From positions 1 to 20,949 of the forward strand of contig JBDHAB010000159.1 of assembly GCA_039588295.1 (NCBI GenBank): a DNA stretch of 20,949 nt, read 5' to 3'. This DNA is from Gemmatimonadota bacterium (GTDB taxonomy: Bacteria; Gemmatimonadota; Gemmatimonadetes; Gemmatimonadales; GWC2-71-9). Shown here in pieces: positions 9,601 to 16,815 of the stretch. The translations under genes and the position numbers were made by a program. Numbering within the stretch: the first letter of the stretch is position 1; every line of letters starts with the position of its first letter. Below the pieces are notes generated by a model. The model had not been told where the DNA came from, ran no database searches, and worked only from the letters and a program-made list of their open reading frames with translations.

Positions 9601-10109
9601 CGAACCGGACTCACTCGGCCGCGCAGCGAGATCCGCACCAGCGCAGCAGCAAGGCGGGGATGCAGTGCGAGCGCCAGACGCACGACCGTCCGCCAGAGGG
9701 AACTTCGCCAGGTCACCGCCCGAGCCAACGGCGAACGAGGCGGTACCGCGCGCCACTCCTCGTCCTGGTGCCGCGCCGTCACCGGCCCGAGTATCAGTTC
9801 GATGGGGACCGGCGGATCACAGAGCACCAGGCCGTCTCCCTGGGTCAGAACGAAGCGACGGTTCCAGGGCATGGAACCGCGCGCCGCGAGGCGGTGTGCG
9901 ACGAGGCCTCCCGGCGTTACGATCGCGACCGTGGTCCCGACTGACGGCAGAGCCGTCCGTGGCTCGATCCGAATTCGCGCGCCGCTGAGGATCGCAGGCT
10001 CCATGCTCGCCCCATCAATGACCGACTCGATCTCGCGACCGCTGCGGCGCAACAGGTCGATCCGGGCGCGGAGCTGTTGAGGCGGGACGTAGATGTCGTC
10101 GGTGGACAT
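9588..10109 (-). CDS. S24/S26 family peptidase
   Basis: GASMEP (catalytic Ser box), VAHRL (His general base) and TQGD, as in Ser/His-type signal peptidases; no N-terminal membrane anchor. Alternative GTG start at 10112. Confidence 0.82.
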   Translation of the reverse strand: MSTDDIYVPPQQLRARIDLLRRSGREIESVIDGASMEPAILSGARIRIEPRTALPSVGTTVAIVTPGGLVAHRLAARGSMPWNRRFVLTQGDGLVLCDPPVPIELILGPVTARHQDEEWRAVPPRSPLARAVTWRSSLWRTVVRLALALHPRLAAALVRISLRGRVSPVRWVS

Positions 10110-10122
10110 CACATCCCGAGCG

Positions 10123-11193
10123 TCACGCCGCGCGGATGTGCGACGCAGGCATCAGGTACGGGCCGACGGTCTGGCGCACATGGGGATTACGGAACGCCCA
10201 TACGAGGCCGTCGATGTAGAAGTGAATGAGCGCGAGCGAATTCCACGCGATGATGTAGGCCATCGGAGCCCCCAGCAGGGCTGTCGTTCGCTCACCGAGG
10301 AAGATCAGCAGTCCGACCCCAATGACCGTGGCTACAACGGTTCGCGGGTTGGCGCTCATGCGCGCGAGCAGGCGCTGAGGAGCGGAGCCGGCGGCGGACA
10401 CGTACTTCCGGTGGTTGAGCAGCCACACGATTGCCAGGTACTGGATGAAGTGCCCGATCAACATGCCGAGCGTGGCGAGCCCCGCATCCTCGACCCAGAG
10501 GTAGGGATGGAACAGGAGCAGACTGGTTGCCAAGAACGCGCCTTCGGGTACGCTGAGCGCGTGCGACCGCCGGAGCAAGCGATATGCTAGCAGCCCGACT
10601 GAGGCGACGGCGATGGGCAACGTGATGGCCGGCAGTACCCACGGTAGGACTGGGTGCACCGAGCTGAGCACGCCATACAATGGCGCAAATCGATCTGCGT
10701 GCCAGAAGGCCATCGTCGCGTTAACCGACAGGATGGCCACACGCGCCACCGATCGCTCGGCAGGTGGCCCGTTGTTCAGACGTCGGTAGATCGAGAGGAT
10801 ACCATGACTCTGTTGGCTGACGTGAAAGATGTTCCACACGAACATCGTCACCATGACGGGAGTGTGCGCTCCAGAACCCCGTAGCAGAAGCACCGACGTC
10901 GCGATCACGACCGGTCCGCCGTAGAAGAGCGCGAGGTGCCGCCGGTAGTACTGTCGGTTGTCGTCACCGAAGAAGAAGCTGAACGACGACATGTAATGGG
11001 GAATGGCGAGCAGAAAGGTGACGGCCGCCACCATCACCGTTCCTCCGGGCAACGTCAGCGCCCAGAGGACGGCAAGCGTCCCGATCAGCGGCGACAGAAT
11101 GAACAACCCCAGATCGAACGGGGGAGACTGAATCCAGCCGCGCGCCGCCGTCACACCCACTGCTGGCCCATGGGACGCCGCGACTGTCGTCAT
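10123..11193 (-). CDS. Multi-pass membrane protein with four His motifs, putative membrane metallo-oxidase
   Basis: Roughly 9-10 hydrophobic segments; IPHYMSSF, WNIFHVSQQSHG, GHFIQYL and IHFYIDGLVW motifs; CAGGA RBS. The CDS is clear but the function is inferred. Confidence 0.7.
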   Translation of the reverse strand: MTTVAASHGPAVGVTAARGWIQSPPFDLGLFILSPLIGTLAVLWALTLPGGTVMVAAVTFLLAIPHYMSSFSFFFGDDNRQYYRRHLALFYGGPVVIATSVLLLRGSGAHTPVMVTMFVWNIFHVSQQSHGILSIYRRLNNGPPAERSVARVAILSVNATMAFWHADRFAPLYGVLSSVHPVLPWVLPAITLPIAVASVGLLAYRLLRRSHALSVPEGAFLATSLLLFHPYLWVEDAGLATLGMLIGHFIQYLAIVWLLNHRKYVSAAGSAPQRLLARMSANPRTVVATVIGVGLLIFLGERTTALLGAPMAYIIAWNSLALIHFYIDGLVWAFRNPHVRQTVGPYLMPASHIRAA

Positions 11194-11221
11194 CGTCCTG
11201 CCGAGAGTCCGCCTGCGAACC

Positions 11222-11989
11222 TCAGGATGCGGCCTGCCGCTGGAGAATAGCCCGCCGCCGCTCCTCGTTCTTTTCGTGTGTGCGCTCGGCCGCGGTTTGC
11301 GGGAAGCCCGCCTCGATCCGTTCCTCGACCGCCATCGGGTACTTCGTCACCTCACCGCCGCCGCGCGCCGTCACCCATGCCAACCCCTTGAGCGCGTTTG
11401 ACACCGCCCGAATAACCTGCATCACCACACCGGGGTCCAGGGCCACCTGCTTGTGGATCCATTGGTTGGCGTATTTGACGTGCAGTACTTCGTCCGCCTG
11501 CTGGATCTCGTACATGGCGACCACCTCATCGTCGCCCGCCGCCTTCGCGTCCCGAATCGCCTGCGTGACCGCATCCAGGCCGTCCGCTTCGAACGTCCGG
11601 TTCTCCACCGCAAACCGACCCGGCAGGTTGTCGATGCGCCCGAGGATCTTGTACTGGAAGTTCATGATCGGATAGCGACCGATCTTCCCACCGCGCCTCT
11701 CATACAGGCGCTTGTACGCGGCGGTGTGGCGGGCCTCGTCCGCCGCTTGCCGCGCAATGCCCTTGCGAATCCCCCACTCCACGTCGGGAAACTCAACCAG
11801 GTTGCGGGCACAGTTCTCGAGGACATTCAGCTCCTCGTTCATCTGCCGATGATAGAACTCGATCTCATGCTCGGGATCGTCCTCCGGCAGGTTGACGCAG
11901 TCCGCCCACTGGTCGACGACCGTGAAGCGGTCGTCGCGGGCCGGGCCGTCGCCGAACAAGGCGGGGTCGGGTACGCTAGCGCTCGCCAT
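11222..11989 (-). CDS. DUF455-like ferritin-like diiron protein (paralogue B)
   Basis: Full diiron ligand pattern NEE..., DEARH, FEA, DEVLH and C-terminal ERIEAGF motif. Alternative GTG start at 11992. Confidence 0.85.
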   Translation of the reverse strand: MASASVPDPALFGDGPARDDRFTVVDQWADCVNLPEDDPEHEIEFYHRQMNEELNVLENCARNLVEFPDVEWGIRKGIARQAADEARHTAAYKRLYERRGGKIGRYPIMNFQYKILGRIDNLPGRFAVENRTFEADGLDAVTQAIRDAKAAGDDEVVAMYEIQQADEVLHVKYANQWIHKQVALDPGVVMQVIRAVSNALKGLAWVTARGGGEVTKYPMAVEERIEAGFPQTAAERTHEKNEERRRAILQRQAAS

Positions 11990-12782
11990 CACGCTTCCCC
12001 CGGCCCGGCAAGATCGACTGAAATCCGGCCTTCTTCAGCACCTCCATGACCTCTTCCTCGGTGAAGTCGGCCTCGAGCCGACCCTCGACGTTGATCTCGA
12101 CCTGAAGTTTGTGCTCCTGTACCTTGGTTCCCGCAGCGTCGACCGCATCTTCGTCCACCTGCATGGCCCCGTTGGCCTCGGCGAGGAACCGGACGGCCTT
12201 CGCCACTTGCAGGAGAACCATCGGGTTCTCTTCAGTCATACGGCGAATCCACTGATTCGCGAACCGGACGTGTGTGATTTCGTCGGCGAGAATGCCGTCG
12301 AGCACATCGGCCGTCGTGTTATCCCCGACCTTGCGCCACACCTTGCGCAACGTGCCCAAGATGTCGATCAAGCCCGCTTCGAACGTCCGGTTCTGAATGG
12401 CGAGGCGTCCGGGCAGATTGTCGATCATCAGGGTCACACCCCACTCGAAGTTGGCAACGGGAAACTCACCCTTGTCACCCCCCATCTGCCGGAGCCGCCG
12501 CAAGAGCACCTCGGAGTGCCTGGATTCGTCGGCGCACTGTCGAGCGAGACGCATCCGCAAGTCCCACGGCGCGTCGGGGTAGTCCGCCAAACACTGGGCC
12601 GCAATCTCGACGGCACCCGTCTCGTTGTTCATGTGCCGATGGAGTTTTTCGCGTCCCGCCTCCCCCTCCACCCCCGGCCAGTTCTTCATATCGATGTCGT
12701 GATGGACGACATCGAAACACGCTTCCCGGGCCGGGTCCTTTCGGAGCGTTACGCCGCGGGCGACTTTCGTTTCCTGGGACAT
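11976..12782 (-). CDS. DUF455-like ferritin-like diiron protein (paralogue A)
   Basis: NNE..., DESRH, FEA, DEITH and INVEGRLEADF; shares IDNLPGRxAxxNRTFEA and ANQWI with paralogue B. Confidence 0.85.
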   Translation of the reverse strand: MSQETKVARGVTLRKDPAREACFDVVHHDIDMKNWPGVEGEAGREKLHRHMNNETGAVEIAAQCLADYPDAPWDLRMRLARQCADESRHSEVLLRRLRQMGGDKGEFPVANFEWGVTLMIDNLPGRLAIQNRTFEAGLIDILGTLRKVWRKVGDNTTADVLDGILADEITHVRFANQWIRRMTEENPMVLLQVAKAVRFLAEANGAMQVDEDAVDAAGTKVQEHKLQVEINVEGRLEADFTEEEVMEVLKKAGFQSILPGRGKRDGER

Positions 12783-12791
12783 GGCGTTCCC

Positions 12792-13331
12792 CTATCGCTC
12801 GCGATAGTCGACGAAGTCCGACACCCCGGTCATTGCCGCACGCAGAGCATCGAGCCAGTCGGCCCGACCAGCGGGCAGCTCGGGCCGCTCACGCCGCATG
12901 GCATCCCGTTCACTCTGCATGCGATCGATGTCGGTCAGCACCCGCTCGAGAATGCGCACCGACGGCTCATCGACCATCGTGTCCGTCTGGTCGAGGTAGC
13001 TTCGGTAGCGGGACACCAGGTCGGGCAACGCGACGTCATAAAAGCCGTCGATGCGGTCACCGGTCTCGCTCGTCGAGGCAAGCGTCCGCAGGGCCTGAAG
13101 GTAGGGCACGACCGGCTCCCGCGTGAAGTGCATCGCGGCGCGCAACTCGTGCGTGCGCCGACCAAACTGATCGGCGTGCTGGGCGAACTCCCAAATGTGC
13201 CGCCCCATGAGAATCTTGACTTCCAGTTCCGGGGTGGTCGGGACCCACCGTGCCAACGTCTCCATCAGGAAGACCGACATGTGTCGGAATGTCGCGACCC
13301 AATCCGCCCGTTCCTTAACCAGCGTAATCAT
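12792..13331 (-). CDS. Short ferritin-like four-helix protein with degenerate metal ligands
   Basis: PELEVKILMGRHIWEFAQHADQFGRRTHEL aligns by eye with PWDLRMRLARQCADESRHSEVLLRRLRQM of paralogue A; second ExxH is absent; ATGA overlap with the kinase stop. Confidence 0.65.
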   Translation of the reverse strand: MITLVKERADWVATFRHMSVFLMETLARWVPTTPELEVKILMGRHIWEFAQHADQFGRRTHELRAAMHFTREPVVPYLQALRTLASTSETGDRIDGFYDVALPDLVSRYRSYLDQTDTMVDEPSVRILERVLTDIDRMQSERDAMRRERPELPAGRADWLDALRAAMTGVSDFVDYRER

Positions 13332-14386
13332 GTTCCCCCAAAGCTACGTTCGATGAGTGTAATGGTCTCCTGCGGGGTACCCGCGGTCAACCGGTGCCAC
13401 TGAACGGCGGACGCGAGCTTGAAGAGGCGCAGCATCTTGAGTCCCGACGCCGCTGAAACGGGCGTTGATTTCACTGGTGCCACGTACCGCACGTTCGTCG
13501 AGTCGGCCGCGAGGGCCGTCAGGCTCGGTTCGTCAGCCAGTCCATCGAGAATCACAATGTGCTCCAGCGGCACCGGCTCGCCGAGCGGAGCAGTATTGAG
13601 AGCGTCGGCGGCGACCAGCGTCTTTGTACTCCCATCGGCGAAGCGCTCGACCGGAAGGCCGGGAGCCTCGAGCAGCGGTTCCGCCGCGCTGTCGAGCGGG
13701 CCCGGCCGGACGCCTGCGGCTCTCGGAAAGGGCAGGAGCGACGGGCCGTCGAGTCGGATGGCCCCCACCTCGTCACTCAGGAACCCGTGACCTCGGGCCG
13801 CGAGCCCAACCGACAGGGTGGTCTTGCCCGCTTCTCGAGCGCCGACGAGGAGGACACCAGTTCCCCCGAGCTCGACGGCCGCTGCATGCACGAACAGCAC
13901 ATCGGGCTGGACGCACATGGCACGATGGACCAGAACGGCACCCGCGACATAGGGCCACGGGGCGTCGGGCGCGACGACAAGGTCTGAGCCCCGCACCGCC
14001 ATCTGCCACCGGGGATCGGCCGTGGACGCCAATCCGACCCAGTCGCCCTCGCCCCCCACGCGGCGAACTCCGTCATCGGCAAAGATCGCCTCGGTGAACC
14101 CTGCGGGGTCGGACAGCGGCTCCCCGTCGGCGGAGAGCAACACGCCGGTTCTCCCCGGATCGACCGTTACCGTTGCCTCGACTGTTGGCAGACCCGCTTG
14201 CGGTGCCTCCACGGTGCACCCACCGAATAGCACAGCGAAGCGGTCCAAAAACGAGCCGTCACCGGTCCGTATTGACACAAACGCGTCGCCGAATCGATAC
14301 CAGCATCTGTCTCGAGGAACCGGCATAACAGCAAGGCGGGCGGCCAGCGAATCCGCTGCCGCCCACCATGCAACATCGCCACCCAC
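13328..14386 (-). CDS. HprK-related Ser/Thr kinase (RiPP-associated)
   Basis: HAAAV, Walker A GAREAGKTT, LSDEV and LLPFPR motifs. GTG start at 14386 is uncertain. Confidence 0.85.
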   Translation of the reverse strand: MGGDVAWWAAADSLAARLAVMPVPRDRCWYRFGDAFVSIRTGDGSFLDRFAVLFGGCTVEAPQAGLPTVEATVTVDPGRTGVLLSADGEPLSDPAGFTEAIFADDGVRRVGGEGDWVGLASTADPRWQMAVRGSDLVVAPDAPWPYVAGAVLVHRAMCVQPDVLFVHAAAVELGGTGVLLVGAREAGKTTLSVGLAARGHGFLSDEVGAIRLDGPSLLPFPRAAGVRPGPLDSAAEPLLEAPGLPVERFADGSTKTLVAADALNTAPLGEPVPLEHIVILDGLADEPSLTALAADSTNVRYVAPVKSTPVSAASGLKMLRLFKLASAVQWHRLTAGTPQETITLIERSFGGT

Positions 14387-14402
14387 GACGTGGGACGTCA
14401 GA

Positions 14403-14534
14403 TTACATCATCCACCAGCCGCTCATCCCCGCGGTGGTGATCTGGAAGACCTCGAGGACTTCCTCTTCGGTGAGCACCGTGACGGCCGGTGCAATGTACT
14501 GACCCCGCTTCTGCTGCTTGGAAGACTGTGCCAT
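14403..14534 (-). CDS. RiPP precursor peptide, 43 aa: MAQSSKQQKRGQYIAPAVTVLTEEEVLEVFQITTAGMSGWWMM
   Basis: AGGAG RBS at 14544-14540, 5 nt before ATG 14534; lies directly after the PqqD/RRE gene; basic N-terminus plus YxxPxV RRE-recognition motif. Confidence 0.85.
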   Translation of the reverse strand: MAQSSKQQKRGQYIAPAVTVLTEEEVLEVFQITTAGMSGWWMM

Positions 14535-14550
14535 CATCACTCCTGTCGCG

Positions 14551-14820
14551 TTAGGTCTTGTCGACAATCGAAAGCTGCACCAGCTCCTCCACCGCCGCCT
14601 GGACATCCGCCTGTGCCTGGTCGAATTCGACTCCATCGTACGCTTCGGAAATGTCCGTCGCGAGTTCGGCCACGGAGCGTGGCTGCTCGAGACGTTCCCA
14701 CATGAACGCCGCCGTCCCGTCCAGGCGGCAGAACTTCTTCGTATCCTTATGGTAGAGCAGCGTTTCGCCCTCCATTGGCGCCTGTTCGATGCCCTGGGCT
14801 CGCTGATAGACCGCGCTCAT
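14551..14820 (-). CDS. PqqD-family stand-alone RiPP recognition element (RRE)
   Basis: About 89 aa; ETLLYH...FCRLDGTAAFMWERLEQPRSVAELATDISEAYDGVEFDQAQADV...EELVQLSIV matches the three-strand/three-helix PqqD pattern; AAGGA 9 nt before ATG 14820 (alternative start 14829). Confidence 0.93.
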   Translation of the reverse strand: MSAVYQRAQGIEQAPMEGETLLYHKDTKKFCRLDGTAAFMWERLEQPRSVAELATDISEAYDGVEFDQAQADVQAAVEELVQLSIVDKT

Positions 14821-14829
14821 CGCATTCAT

Positions 14830-14919
14830 TCCTTAACGGTGGATTGCATAATCTCTATAGATTTAGTCGATTTTTCAAGGTGAGCCGACCCACATTCAAT
14901 TGTCCGGGAGCGGGCTGAC
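14830..14919. promoter_or_regulatory. AT-rich divergent promoter region between the RRE operon and the Asn-synthetase-like gene
   Basis: Markedly AT-rich tract (14843-14878) between divergent starts; TTGAAA on the minus strand (14878-14873); inverted repeat AATCT-CTAT-AGATT at 14850-14863. Confidence 0.55.
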
Positions 14920-16809
14920 ATGGCAGGTCTGGCCCTCGCCGTCGGCGTCGATGACGCGAATGTCGCTGGGCTGCTCGCGCGCCTCGACCGCGCGCAGGCG
15001 CACCGGGGACCCAGTGGGCACTGGCTCCTCTCGTCTGGTGCGACTGCGAACCCCTTGACCGGGCCGCTTACCGTCCAGCCGCATTCCACCGAATGGGCCC
15101 CGACCGTCGGCGCTGCCTTCCGCGGTCCGGGCGCCGACCGACGGGACCCACCCAGTCGGATCTGGGCAGCGGTCGATGGGTTCCTCACGAACCGCGCCGC
15201 CCTCGCCGACCAGCTCGATGTGCCGCCCGACGCCGAGACTTCGGCTGTCGTCGCGCGAGCGTACGAGCGCTGGGGACCGGCGTGCGTCGAGCGGCTCGAG
15301 GGCCAGTGGGCCCTGATCGTGTGCGACCTCGAGCAGGACCGGTCCTTCGCAGCCCGGGACCACCTCGGCATCGGACAGCTGTATTACTCTGCTGACGGGA
15401 ATCACGTTCTGGTGGCGTCCGAGCCGAAAGCCGTCGCGCGCGCCCAACCCGCGGGACCGGAGATCGAGCCGGTCCGGTTCGGGGAGTTCCTGAACGGCTT
15501 CCCTCCCACCACACCGGAGTTGTCGTTCTTCCGCGGCGTGCAGTCGATTGCCGCGGGGGCGATGCTGCGCATCGAGCGCGCCACGGAAGGCGCCCCGCGC
15601 GTCCAGATCGACCGGTATTGGGACCCTCGGGCACTGCGGGGGTGGACCATGTCCCCACCGCCGTTCACCGACGCGGCGCGGCGATTCGAGACGCTGCTGG
15701 TCACCGCCGTGAGGCGTCGGGGGACGCCGGGCGAGACGGGCGCCCTGCTCTCGGGAGGACTCGACTCCTCCGTGCTCGCGGTAATCGCCGCTGAGTTCGC
15801 AGGCACTCGACCGCTGCCGAGCTTCTCGATCTTGCACGCGGATCCCGACCTCACGGAGGAGCGTCATGTGAATGCGGTGGTGGCACACGCAGGTCTCAAG
15901 AGTCACACGGCGACGATCCGACCCGCGGACGCGTGGCAGGCTGTCGACGCGGTCGTGACGGTCCAGGGGGAACCGTTACTCGGTCAGGACCTCATCGGTC
16001 AGTGGCACGCCTACCGACTCGCGGCAGAGCACGGGACGCGTTCGGTGTTCGACGGTATCGGCGCAGATGAACTGCTGGCCGGCGTGGGCACAGAGAGCCG
16101 CTACTTTCGCGACCTCCTGTTGGACGGAGAGTGGCAGGAGTTCGCGCGCGAGGTGCGGGCGTTCGGAACGCGACATGAGGTATCCCCAGTGCGCACGCTC
16201 CGCCGGTATGTAGCGGGCCCCCTCAAGCGCGAGCTGTCATGGGCGCTCCGCCCACGGCGATACCGATGGCTCTCCCGCGATCTGCCACCCGATCCATACC
16301 GCGATCGTCTCCGCACGGACGTGGCCCCAGACCATTCTCTGCTGAACGGATATCTCTACCGGCATGTCCGGCACCAGAATGCGCCGACCGTCTTGGGTCG
16401 CCTCGACCGGTGCGCGGCCGCGCACGGGCTACGGTCGCTCGTCCCGTATCTCGATCGCAGCGTGGTGGAGTGGTGTCTACCGCTCCCAGGACGCTACAAG
16501 GTGTTCCGCGGACAACCGAAGCGTTTGCTCCATTCCGTCGCTCGCCGTCACCTGCCGGCCGAGGTTGCCGACCGGAGGGACAAGCAGGGCATCGTGCCAA
16601 CGAAACCCTGGATGGCAGTCCGCACCGAGTTCGCCGAGGCGTTTCGCGCGGTGCCGCACGAGCGTCGGGTGCGCGAGTCCGGTTGGATCGACCCACGAGC
16701 GGCGGAGCGCTTCATCGAGGGCTACCTCGCGGAGCGCCACACCGACCACCTCGGCGTGTGGCGGCTGTTCACGGCCTGGCGGTGGCTCGAGCTGTTTCGA
16801 CTGTCGTAA
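14920..16809 (+). CDS. Asparagine synthetase-like protein with inactive-looking glutaminase domain (lasso cyclase-like/ATP-dependent amide ligase)
   Basis: PP-loop LLSGGLDSS, DGIGADELLAG, VPYLD and RRDKQG are intact. N-terminus is MAGLAL (no Cys1) and VDGFLTN replaces xNGEIYN. Confidence 0.88.
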   Translation: MAGLALAVGVDDANVAGLLARLDRAQAHRGPSGHWLLSSGATANPLTGPLTVQPHSTEWAPTVGAAFRGPGADRRDPPSRIWAAVDGFLTNRAALADQLDVPPDAETSAVVARAYERWGPACVERLEGQWALIVCDLEQDRSFAARDHLGIGQLYYSADGNHVLVASEPKAVARAQPAGPEIEPVRFGEFLNGFPPTTPELSFFRGVQSIAAGAMLRIERATEGAPRVQIDRYWDPRALRGWTMSPPPFTDAARRFETLLVTAVRRRGTPGETGALLSGGLDSSVLAVIAAEFAGTRPLPSFSILHADPDLTEERHVNAVVAHAGLKSHTATIRPADAWQAVDAVVTVQGEPLLGQDLIGQWHAYRLAAEHGTRSVFDGIGADELLAGVGTESRYFRDLLLDGEWQEFAREVRAFGTRHEVSPVRTLRRYVAGPLKRELSWALRPRRYRWLSRDLPPDPYRDRLRTDVAPDHSLLNGYLYRHVRHQNAPTVLGRLDRCAAAHGLRSLVPYLDRSVVEWCLPLPGRYKVFRGQPKRLLHSVARRHLPAEVADRRDKQGIVPTKPWMAVRTEFAEAFRAVPHERRVRESGWIDPRAAERFIEGYLAERHTDHLGVWRLFTAWRWLELFRLS

Positions 16810-16815
16810 GTGCCG

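Noticed and set aside
11892..13403. 503-aa plus-strand ORF and similar long alternative-frame ORFs (870-2003, 1090-2319, 6406-7431, 14896-15906, 16810-17733)
   Set aside because: Shadow ORFs of real genes, as expected in high-GC DNA; no recognisable motifs.
14535..14636. N-terminal extension of the precursor ORF to 77 aa
   Set aside because: It overlaps the RRE gene in another frame, and a strong AGGAG RBS sits just before ATG 14534.
14403..14829. PQQ biosynthesis (pqqA/pqqD)
   Set aside because: The precursor lacks the C-terminal ExxxY motif of PqqA, and there is no PqqB, PqqC or radical-SAM PqqE (no CxxxCxxC protein).
14832..14848. Sigma-54 promoter suggested by TTGCA
   Set aside because: The required GG at the -24 position is absent.
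14403..16809. Canonical lasso peptide cluster
   Set aside because: The predicted core has no Asp/Glu for the macrolactam and no tail to thread, and no transglutaminase-like B2 protease is visible in the window.
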